A stretch of DNA of 64,000 nucleotides, from positions 423,605-487,604 of the forward strand of contig JAHDYR010000015.1 of NCBI GenBank assembly GCA_019828565.1, read 5' to 3'. Position numbers and translations under genes: made by a program. The notes under the pieces are model-generated. The model made no database searches. It saw only the letters and a list, made by a program, of their open reading frames with translations, and was not told the DNA's origin. Shown here piece after piece: positions 32,440 through 43,380 of the stretch; position 1 is the stretch's first letter; every line of letters starts with the position of its first letter. Origin of the DNA: Carpediemonas membranifera BICM. Lineage: Eukaryota > Protista > Fornicata.

Positions 32440-32634
32440 TTACAGATTGTCGGTGACCATGCGCTTGCGTCCACGATACTTCTGAGCGCGAAGGGAACGA
32501 CAAACGGACGTATGGGCAACAATAAGTGGCCTAGCCAGATCGTCATCACCAAGTTCGGTGATTTTGGCACGAATTTCCTTCAGAACGGCCTCTACGGCTG
32601 TGTTGTCCGACATCAAATGAGTTGACGGCGACAT
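32440..32634 (-). CDS. G3 small antisense ORF (predicted helical, basic tail)
   Basis: Counterpart at 37928-38197 with the identical start context GTGCAGGATATGTCG. Confidence 0.55.
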   Translation of the reverse strand: MSPSTHLMSDNTAVEAVLKEIRAKITELGDDDLARPLIVAHTSVCRSLRAQKYRGRKRMVTDNL

Positions 32635-35600
32635 ATCCTGCACATTTCTCGGAAACGGTCGAAGGAACAACTAACAAGGTCATCTTAGTCTTCAAGCATG
32701 CATTTATTGTCGGTAATAAGGCATTAGGAGCTTCCTAGTGCTCCTTCCGGTCAGTTTGATGTTGTTATTCAAGTACAGTTGGACGCAGAAAATTAGAAGC
32801 CTCAGAACTCCTCAACGGAGCCGAATTGGAGCTTCTAAGTACGTTTTTCGGCGTCTGTGTGATTATGAGCGATAAGGGCTCAGCATTGGCAGTGTTTGCT
32901 AGAGCAATCGTTCTTGGCCTTCGAATTACATGGAATGGCATATAACACGTATAAGGTTTGTGAAGACGGCCTAGGAAGGCCGTGGAGGGGCAGTGGTAAG
33001 CCTCTCCGTCACGTTTCACCATTTTTGAAACAGAGCTCACATAGCGGTACCGCAGTTAGATCATGATACCATCATTTTGATTTCGTTCAGCTAGATGCGA
33101 AAGCACTCAGGCCATGGGGTTGCCAGCCCTATGAGTCACCGTTGGCGGTCGGGTGGCACCGTCCAGGCCTTTGGTGAAATGCTGACGTCAAGTCTCTCTG
33201 TCATGCCTATACCAGGCATGGAGGGGCAGTGTTGTGGGTCCTACCCAAAGTTACACAGATTTACGTTATATTTAATAGTCAAGGAGTTTCTCCTCGACAC
33301 CCTTGTGTCGAGTCTTCTCCTCAGTAAAAAGTTCAACACCCATTGAACCACAGTGGGCATCGCGAAGCCCAGGCCACCATGCTTTGCCGGCAGCCCCAAG
33401 GCCTGACTGATGTCTGGCGACAGGGTGCGGCCAAGCACCTTCCCAACGACGTCGGATAGGGTGGACTGGCAGAAGGTCTCTGCGGGAGTGAGCACCTCGG
33501 GGGTGGGATCGACATTACGCATCAAGTGTGCAATCTTGGGGAGGACACAGAACTTGATCATCGACAGGGCTGGGCCAACACCCTCCGCACCGACATCCTC
33601 GCTGAAGTCGGCGATGGCCTTGAGGGTCAGGGCAGCCTTGTCAACAACTCTCTGCACTTCTCCCCGGACGAACGACTCCGGACCGACGGGAACACCGGTG
33701 ATCACATGGGCCCCCACTCTACGGACATGGTCGGGGCGATCCAGGTTGGTGTCATGCCCGGCACCTTGGATGAGCGCGACGCACTTGGGCAGGTTGAGGC
33801 TCATCCCCACTTGGGAGAAGAGCTGCTTAGCGGTTTTCGCGATCTCATCAGCCGATGCCCGGTCGGTCAGGATGTACGTGTCGTCCTGGTACGCGACTAC
33901 ACGGACGTTGTAGATGCTGCGTAGACGATCCAAGACGGGCTTCATCCCAAGGGAGAATAGAAGCGGAGACAGCGGGTCACCCTGCTGAACCCCTTCCTCT
34001 GAACGAAGGACGACTCCCGACGTGGAGAGGAGCAGCGACGAAGAGTACTGCCCCTTCACGTAGTCAACCAGGGCGGGACAGTAGGTGCTGACACATCTCA
34101 GCAGGAAGTCCCGGCTCAGGGTATTGTACGCGTTCGACAGGTCCAGGGATAGGACCGTACCACCGTCGTCGAAGTGACGCCTGGTGATGGCGACCATGCG
34201 CTCCAGACCACAACTCTCTCCCAACCCGAACTGGTCAACGAAGACCTCCTCGCGGAGCTTCGGCAGGACCGTTTCGGCAGCAGCCTTGGCCGCGATGCGG
34301 CGCAGGGCTTCTCCCATTGCTACCGGACGGAGCTTGCCGTTCTTCTTCGGGATGGGTACTAAGATGCTGTGGCTGAAGATTGCGTAGTTATTGTCACCAT
34401 CGATGATCGCCTGCACGATCGGCAAGAGAGCTGCGACGAGCTCCTTGCGCATGATCTTGTAGGCTACCCTCAGGTGGAGGAAGCTCAGGCCGGTGGGTCC
34501 GGGAGCCTTGTCGGCGGGGAGGGACCCAAGAGCTTTCTTGAGAATCTTTCGGGAGATGGTGATAGACGATAACGGGGCCGCTGGCACGTCTGACCAAGAG
34601 AAAGCCTCGAGGCCATCAGGGGAGGGGTGTGCTTGCAGCTCCGCCAACTCGCGGTCGACCTCCTCGTCCGACTTGGACTGCTCAGGGCACATGAGCGTAT
34701 TGACTGCTCTTGCCAAGTAGCCACTCTTGGCTTGAAGTAGTGCACGCTTGCTCCTGCGGGTGCGGGCCCGGTTGGGGGCGGACCTAGGGGGACGGCGAGA
34801 GGAGGCGACAAAGGTGTCCAGCGTTGCTGGGTACCTCGCGAGCTGGAGTAGACGTTCCGTCTTCGTGGCAGGCTGGGCCGAAGCGACATCTGTCAACCGG
34901 TCGACAAGACCGCGTGACCAGGCGGTCGCCTTCCGGGTTGAGGGCTTCATGCGACCCAGTGATAGGGCTACTTTCGGAGACGGGAGCCACTCCGGCCGCC
35001 TGTTCGCACCGTCGTGACGGCACGTGAACATGATGGCGGGGGGGAGGAGGGAGTGGAGTGGCGAGGGATGACTCGAGCTGTGAGCCCAGGTCGGCGGCTG
35101 GCGAGACATGAGTCTGGGAGCCACCCTGCGCGACAAGAGGGGGCGCACCAGGCATGTGGGTGGCGGAGAGAGGGCTCTGCGGCTGTGTGCCCTCAATGAG
35201 ACTCGGTCTCTGGGGTTGGGTTGCTCCGCGTCAGATCCGACACTGAAGCAGTCTATCACCGATACTGCCTGTGGCTCCGGAGCTGGCTCGGCTTGCGTTA
35301 CTCGAGCCGCGTCGACGATGGAGGCAGAATGATGGCGATGCTGAGGCAGGGGCGAGAGGGATGGCGTGCCAATGTTGCCCTCGTGGAGAGGCGAGGGAAG
35401 CGGGCCAGTAGTCCCTACATCAGTTAGAGAGGGGGTGGGGGACGCCAACGGATGCTGCGGCCTTGGCAAGGCGCCCTCTGGATCCCTGACGAAGACGAAC
35501 TCGTGGTCAGTAAGCGAGATCAGCCTCTTCGCGTAGCGCTGAACTCTATCGATCGTCTTGACACTTTGGATCTTCGGCCAACGAGCTGGTAGCTGCCCTA

Positions 35601-36137
35601 GAGCAGCCGTCGCCAACCTGCAGAGAATCGCATAGAAGTCAGATGTCTTGATCTTCTTCTTGGGCGTCTGAAGGATCTTACGTAGCAGTTCATTGTCTCT
35701 AAGGACGTGTAAAACGCCCTCTTCGGCAAACCAGGTCTGTAGGAAGGTTGTTGGAATCATTCCGTGGTATTCTCTCTGAATCGTGTTGGCCTCTGCGAGG
35801 AAAGCCAAATAACGACGATGAACGGATCTAGAATCGTCTGGAGGCGGATTGGGAAGCTCATTGCCGCCCGAATTGCCTTCCATCGTGATGTTCCGTTAAT
35901 CCACTTCGCACAAACTTTTACTCAAAGCAACATTCACCGTGGAAGGCAGCGAGAACAGCGTCGGCATGGCGCGTCCGTGTGTCTAGAGGCTCGGGGCTTG
36001 TCGGGCGACAATCCAGGCGTGCTGGGGGACACTTTGATGACCTCGTCAAATCTCGGCAGAACATGTCCGAAAGCAGCAAAGGTGTCGCAAAACGCAACAG
36101 GTCGCAAAGAGTAAGCAATATCAGCGCAAAAAGCAAG

Positions 36138-36599
36138 TTATTGCAGCTGGAACGCGCTGTAACCGTGCGATCCCAGCACGGCGATAGCGTTCCGAGCTTC
36201 AACCTGCCAATCATCGAAGATGAGGCAGTTGCCGCGCCAAAGAGAAGCAAAAACTCGTTCGTAAATACGAACTTCGTTCTTGCCGCCCATTAGCGAAGCA
36301 ATGTCCTTCGCCCAGCCATTTGCGGTGTTGACCTTTCCATCCTGGCGAGCCCGGCGGCCGCAGCGGCCATCCAGTGACACTACTGCAGGTATAACGGACA
36401 CGTTCCAGTAAGCATACCTGTCCACCTTCGCTTTATGCGAATCGTGGAAGTAGTTGGACACGACAACGTCGATGACAGTGGGGTTCTCACCTCTCTCGTT
36501 GTATGCGAAGATGTCGGCCCTGGAGTCGTTGAATGTGCTGTCGGGGTTCTTGGTGAGGCGGTCATTGTGGCGGAGCCAGTGCTCTGGCTGAGTGGGCAC
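36138..36599 (-). pseudogene. R-B endonuclease-domain 3' fragment (duplicate copy)
   Basis: Near-identical to 42919-43380; RADIF...IDVVV...KVDRY. Confidence 0.88.
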
Positions 36600-38878
36600 T
36601 GTAGTCAATATTAATATCTACCAATATCCCCGGGAGGGTCCAAACCTCTTTTTACTTGTAAAACCTATCTCTTCCAAGACTACAGTACTAGTACTTTCCC
36701 GATGGATAGAGACGGGAAGAACCAAGCACCACTACTCAAGGAAGCTACTTTCAGGGCTTTCGTGACGTTTACTACATCATTGCGTGACTTCAAGGCCAGA
36801 GGTGGCAAGGCGAAGCTCCGGAAGCTCATCAGTCCGGAGATACAGTCCTACGTATGCCAGGTGTTAGGCTTAGAGGCCCTCGAGGACGTCCCGCTTCCTC
36901 AGGGTGATCAACAGGGCGACCAACCTTCCACAACATCACGCAAGGTCAAAGAGAGGACTATTATGCAGCGGCTCGCTGCTGCCTTGCGTCCCACCAGGAA
37001 GGAGCAATGTCTGAACCTCATCAGGCTCCGCATCGCGGCATTCACGCCACTCGAGGTTTCGAGACTGAACTCACAGTTCAACACCTTGTTCGAGTGCCTT
37101 GACCTGGTCGAGGACGACACTATTCGTGAAGCATACTTGCGGGCGTTCGCCGTGAAGGGCCAGTCCCTTTACTTCAGACTGAAGGAGCAGACTGAGGGGC
37201 GCTCACTTGCTGAGACCCAGCAGTATGCCATGAAGACGGCGCGCGACGTAGTCGAGTCCGCGGAGTACCTCGCTCCGTTCGCTGAGGCCATTCATCCCGA
37301 CCAGCCGCGCCGCCCGGCAGCTCCTGTGCCAGGCGCCCAACCCCAACGTGCGGACAGCCGTGACCGGCGCGACCGCCGTGACCGGCGTGACCGCCCATAC
37401 GACCGTCGTGACCGCCCGTATGACCGCCACCGCCAAGATCGCCCAGACAAGCGGTCCCGCGATCGGGCTCGCCCCACCAGCACCATGCCGACCTGCTACA
37501 ACTGCGGGGGCAAGGGCCATTTTAGTCCCGAGCGCTGACAGGACCTGGGGGCTGACGTACTGGTTGGAGGTACCGTCACTCTTCAGGTGGAACACGCCGG
37601 CGGAAATGGCGGCGCGGACGATGTCCGAGTCGGTCTGACCCCGGCTGCCCGAGCGCTCACGGAGGAAGCGCAAGGCGCGGTGCTCCCTCTGGAGCTGCAC
37701 CAGCAGAGTGGCCGAGATGTCGAGGAGGGCGCCCGCATCCCCGCTCCAGAGCGTGCCGGTGGATAGATGGTCGAAGATGGCCTCAAGGGGCACCTCAACG
37801 AAGTTGACATACCCCGCAAGGCAATCACGCACCACAGCGGACAGCAGAGGGTCGCGGTGGGTGAAGCAACCCTGCATGGCACCGCCCGCAGGCACCCGAC
37901 AGAGATCTCTGGCGGAAGTTGCCGGCACTACGATCGAGCTGTGTAAGAGGACCGGAGGTGCACAAACCGTTTCAGGGGGTTCTTCGACGCATCTCCACAG
38001 CGCTTACGGATAGCCTTCTGTTGAAGAGCGCTCAGGGATCGGGCCTTATGACGCTGACAACGAGCGATCGTCGCTAAGGCGTTATCGAGTACCTTACGGA
38101 AATCAGCATCGGCTAATTCGCCTGAAAGCTCGCGAATCTTATCGAGGGCGCGCGTATCCTCCATGTTTGGCCGCTTTTTCTTAGGAAAAAGCGACATATC
38201 CTGCACTTTTCCCGAAAGACGATGGGAAGTGCCCATAATGATCCCCATGATAGACCATTCTCAATATTTATACCTCAAACACAGTCCAAGGGACTTCTGT
38301 CGTCCGTGGAGCAGTGTTACTGATGTTGATTAGGTTTCGATGCAGCGCAGAACAAAAAAGAGCCAGAACTTGCCAACGAAGCCGAATTGGGGCCTCAAAA
38401 CCCCTTTTTCGGGCGCTGTGTAAGAATGGGGCGGATCAGCCTAACGTACCGGAACTTTCAGTATGAGCGATGGCGAAATGCCTAAAAATGCTCGGGGCGA
38501 GAATTCCCGAGCCGAGCGCGAGCCCCAGAGTGCCCGCGAGGGGGCGGGGCTGTGGTACGTCCTTTTTATACTTATACAGGAGCTCCTGAACCCATATCTT
38601 AATTAGCAGCGCTGCATAGATCTTTTCTGAATCTTTTAGGTATCGTCGACGAATTTTACTTTCATACCTATCCGAAGCGTAATACCTCACTGGGAGGTTG
38701 CAATGAGACGTAATTCCAGAAGTTGGTTGTCGTTGTCCCGCCGATAATTCCAATAGTGGTTCGGCATGAGCGAGCGTAATCCCAAGATCGATTGGTGGCT
38801 CTAGCCCCACGTAATGCCAGATGTTGGTCGTGGTGATGGCCGCGCGACTGCTTGGCCATGGGGGGGAAGTGTAGTCAA
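36600..38878 (+). mobile_element. G4: internally deleted (pol-less) gypsy element
   Basis: 85-bp 5' LTR TGTAGTC...GACTACA (36600-36684); gag 36702-~37525 broken inside the knuckle CYNCGGKGHF; antisense cassette remnant; PPT; only 9 nt of the 3' LTR (38870-38878). Confidence 0.9.
37525..38197 (-). pseudogene. G4 antisense cassette: small ORF (37928-38197) and truncated accessory ORF
   Basis: LAGYVNFVEVPLEAIFDHLSTGTL...TDSDIVRAAI aligns with G3 LEGYTNSIELPLQRIFDAIEQGRL...TDGDIVSAAI. Confidence 0.75.
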
Positions 38879-41800
38879 GCCACGAGAGCTGCAGAGTAGT
38901 GACCATTACCGGGTGAAGACCCACCCAGCGTGATGTCGCGGCCCCGGATCGCGGCCGACACGATGTCGCCATCGGTCAAGCGCTTCCTGCCGAGCTTGAG
39001 GTGGGCCCTCACACCGGCAAGCGCGACCTGGCAGTGAGCCACGAGAGCCAAGACCTGCTGGGTCAGCTTCACGTCCTGCACTACGGCTGCGTCGTTCAGA
39101 CGACCTTGCTCAATAGCGTCAAAGATTCGCTGGAGCGGCAGCTCGATGGAGTTGGTGTAACCTTCCAGGCGTCGGGCAACCTCGGCCTTGATGTCGTGGG
39201 GCATCAGAGTCGTCATCGTCAGGGTGCGAGTGATGCGTTCTGAGGCTTGCACGCGGTGACTATATAACCTCACGGTTGATGTTTGTTACTTACAGATTGT
39301 CGGTGACCATGCGCTTGCGTCCACGATACTTCTGAGCGCGAAGGGAACGACAAACGGACGTATGGGCAACAATAAGTGGCCTAGCCAGATCGTCATCACC
39401 AAGTTCGGTGATTTTGGCACGAATTTCCTTCAGAACGGCCTCTACGGCTGTGTTGTCCGACATCAAATGAGTTGACGGCGACATATCCTGCACATTTCTC
39501 GGAAACGGTCGAAGGAACAACTAACAAGGTCATCTTAGTCTTCAAGCATGCATTTATTGTCGGTAATAAGGCATTAGGAGCTTCCTAGTGCTCCTTCCGG
39601 TCAGTTTGATGTTGTTATTCAAGTACAGTTGGACGCAGAAAATTAGAAGCCTCAGAACTCCTCAACGGAGCCGAATTGGAGCTTCTAAGTACGTTTTTCG
39701 GCGTCTGTGTGATTATGAGCGATAAGGGCTCAGCATTGGCAGTGTTTGCTAGAGCAATCGTTCTTGGCCTTCGAATTACATGGAATGGCATATAACACGT
39801 ATAAGGTTTGTGAAGACGGCCTAGGAAGGCCGTGGAGGGGCAGTGGTAAGCCTCTCCGTCACGTTTCACCATTTTTGAAACAGAGCTCACATAGCGGTAC
39901 CGCAGTTAGATCATGATACCATCATTTTGATTTCGTTCAGCTAGATGCGAAAGCACTCAGGCCATGGGGTTGCCAGCCCTATGAGTCACCGTTGGCGGTC
40001 GGGTGGCACCGTCCAGGCCTTTGGTGAAATGCTGACGTCAAGTCTCTCTGTCATGCCTATACCAGGCATGGAGGGGCAGTGTTGTGGGTCCTACCCAAAG
40101 TTACACAGATTTACGTTATATTTAATAGTCAAGGAGTTTCTCCTCGACACCCTTGTGTCGAGTCTTCTCCTCAGTAAAAGTTCAACACCCATTGAACCAC
40201 AGTGGGCATCGCGAAGCCCAGGCCACCATGCTTTGCCGGCAGCCCCAAGGCCTGACTGATGTCTGGCGACAGGGTGCGGCCAAGCACCTTCCCAACGACG
40301 TCGGATAGGGTGGACTGGCAGAAGGTCTCTGCGGGAGTGAGCACCTCGGGGGTGGGATCGACATTACGCATCAAGTGTGCAATCTTGGGGAGGACACAGA
40401 ACTTGATCATCGACAGGGCTGGGCCAACACCCTCCGCACCGACATCCTCGCTGAAGTCGGCGATGGCCTTGAGGGTCAGGGCAGCCTTGTCAACAACTCT
40501 CTGCACTTCTCCCCGGACGAACGACTCCGGACCGACGGGAACACCGGTGATCACATGGGCCCCCACTCTACGGACATGGTCGGGGCGATCCAGGTTGGTG
40601 TCATGCCCGGCACCTTGGATGAGCGCGACGCACTTGGGCAGGTTGAGGCTCATCCCCACTTGGGAGAAGAGCTGCTTAGCGGTTTTCGCGATCTCATCAG
40701 CCGATGCCCGGTCGGTCAGGATGTACGTGTCGTCCTGGTACGCGACTACACGGACGTTGTAGATGCTGCGTAGACGATCCAAGACGGGCTTCATCCCAAG
40801 GGAGAATAGAAGCGGAGACAGCGGGTCACCCTGCTGAACCCCTTCCTCTGAACGAAGGACGACTCCCGACGTGGAGAGGAGCAGCGACGAAGAGTACTGC
40901 CCCTTCACGTAGTCAACCAGGGCGGGACAGTAGGTGCTGACACATCTCAGCAGGAAGTCCCGGCTCAGGGTATTGTACGCGTTCGACAGGTCCAGGGATA
41001 GGACCGTACCACCGTCGTCGAAGTGACGCCTGGTGATGGCGACCATGCGCTCCAGACCACAACTCTCTCCCAACCCGAACTGGTCAACGAAGACCTCCTC
41101 GCGGAGCTTCGGCAGGACCGTTTCGGCAGCAGCCTTGGCCGCGATGCGGCGCAGGGCTTCTCCCATTGCTACCGGACGGAGCTTGCCGTTCTTCTTCGGG
41201 ATGGGTACTAAGATGCTGTGGCTGAAGATTGCGTAGTTATTGTCACCATCGATGATCGCCTGCACGATCGGCAAGAGAGCTGCGACGAGCTCCTTGCGCA
41301 TGATCTTGTAGGCTACCCTCAGGTGGAGGAAGCTCAGGCCGGTGGGTCCGGGAGCCTTGTCGGCGGGGAGGGACCCAAGAGCTTTCTTGAGAATCTTTCG
41401 GGAGATGGTGATAGACGATAACGGGGCCGCTGGCACGTCTGACCAAGAGAAAGCCTCGAGGCCATCAGGGGAGGGGTGTGCTTGCAGCTCCGCCAACTCG
41501 CGGTCGACCTCCTCGTCCGACTTGGACTGCTCAGGGCACATGAGCGTATTGACTGCTCTTGCCAAGTAGCCACTCTTGGCTTGAAGTAGTGCACGCTTGC
41601 TCCTGCGGGTGCGGGCCCGGTTGGGGGCGGACCTAGGGGGACGGCGAGAGGAGGCGACAAAGGTGTCCAGCGTTGCTGGGTACCTCGCGAGCTGGAGTAG
41701 ACGTTCCGTCTTCGTGGCAGGCTGGGCCGAAGCGACATCTGTCAACCGGTCGACAAGACCGCGTGACCAGGCGGTCGCCTTCCGGGTTGAGGGCTTCATG

Positions 41801-43380
41801 CGACCCAGTGATAGGGCTACTTTCGGAGGGAGTGGAGTGGCGAGGGATGACTCGAGCTGTGAGCCCAGGTCGGCGGCTGGCGAGACATGAGTCTGGGAGC
41901 CACCCTGCGCGACAAGAGGGGGCGCACCAGGCATGTGGGTGGCGGAGAGAGGGCTCTGCGGCTGTGTGCCCTCAATTGAGACTCGGTCTCTGGGGTTGGG
42001 TTGCTCCGCGTCAGATCCGACACTGAAGCAGTCTATCACCGATACTGCCTGTGGCTCCGGAGCTGGCTCGGCTTGCGTTACTCGAGCCGCGTCGACGATG
42101 GAGGCAGAATGATGGCGATGCTGAGGCAGGGGCGAGAGGGATGGCGTGCCAATGTTGCCCTCGTGGAGAGGCGAGGGAAGCGGGCCAGTAGTCCCTACAT
42201 CAGTTAGAGAGGGGGTGGGGGACGCCAACGGATGCTGCGGCCTTGGCAAGGCGCCCTCTGGATCCCTGACGAAGACGAACTCGTGGTCAGTAAGCGAGAT
42301 CAGCCTCTTCGCGTAGCGCTGAACTCTATCGATCGTCTTGACACTTTGGATCTTCGGCCAACGAGCTGGTAGCTGCCCTAGAGCAGCCGTCGCCAACCTG
42401 CAGAGAATCGCATAGAAGTCAGATGTCTTGATCTTCTTCTTGGGCGTCTGAAGGATCTTACGTAGCAGTTCATTGTCTCTAAGGACGTGTAAAACGCCCT
42501 CTTCGGCAAAACCAGGTCTGTAGGAAGGTTGTTGGAATCATTCCGTGGTATTCTCTCTGAATCGTGTTGGCCTCTGCGAGGAAAGCCAAATAACGACGAT
42601 GAACGGATCTAGAATCGTCTGGAGGCGGATTGGGAAGCTCATTGCCGCCCGAATTGCCTTCCATCGTGATGTTCCGTTAATCCACTTCGCACAAACTTTT
42701 ACTCAAAGCAACATTCACCGTGGAAGGCAGCGAGAACAGCGTCGGCATGGCGCGTCCGTGTGTCTAGAGGCTCGGGGCTTGTCGGGCGACAATCCAGGCG
42801 TGCTGGGGGACACTTTGATGACCTCGTCAAATCTCGGCAGAACATGTCCGAAAGCAGCAAAGGTGTCGCAAAACGCAACAGGTCGCAAAGAGTAAGCAAT
42901 ATCAGCGCAAAAAGCAAGTTATTGCAGCTGGAACGCGCTGTAACCGTGCGATCCCAGCACGGCGATAGCGTTCCGAGCTTCAACCTGCCAATCATCGAAG
43001 ATGAGGCAGTTGCCGCGCCAAAGAGAAGCAAAAACTCGTTCGTAAATACGAACTTCGTTCTTGCCGCCCATTAGCGAAGCAATGTCCTTCGCCCAGCCAT
43101 TTGCGGTGTTGACCTTTCCATCCTGGCGAGCCCGGCGGCCGCAGCGGCCATCCAGTGACACTACTGCAGGTATAACGGACACGTTCCAGTAAGCATACCT
43201 GTCCACCTTCGCTTTGTGCGAATCGTGGAAGTAGTTGGACACGACAACGTCGATGACAGTGGGGTTCTCACCTCTCTCGTTGTATGCGAAGATGTCGGCC
43301 CTGGAGTCGTTGAATGTGCTGTCGGGGTTCTTGGTGAGGCGGTCATTGTGGCGGAGCCAGTGCTCTGGCTGAGTGGGCAC
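38879..43380. repeat. ~4.5-kb duplication of 32029-36599 (G3 3' end with LTR at 40080-40201, R-A 5' part, R-B 3' end)
   Basis: Near-identical sequence and ORF tracks; differences seen are a 70-bp deletion, a few 1-nt indels and a substitution. Confidence 0.97.

Larger units (their letters stand above)
27407..33352 (+). mobile_element. G3: full-length Ty3/gypsy chromodomain element with antisense cassette
   Basis: LTRs 27407-27528 and 33230-33352 (1-nt indel), TSD GTGG, PPT GGAGGGGCAG. Confidence 0.97.
26379..35883 (-). mobile_element. R-A: single-ORF non-LTR retrotransposon with RT and restriction-like endonuclease (CRE-like), interrupted by G3
   Basis: RT: KAPGPTG, RPVAMGE, LDLSNAYN, GVQQGDPLSP, YQDD (33353-35883). 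C-terminus: CPIC...H...C, RHD, RVD, IDV, KK..Y (26379-27406). Removing G3 restores GFAMPTIVWPCAR. Confidence 0.93.

Noticed and set aside
37358-37445. GACCG(C/T)-rich short repeats
   Set aside because: They simply encode the low-complexity RDR/RPYD tract of G4 Gag
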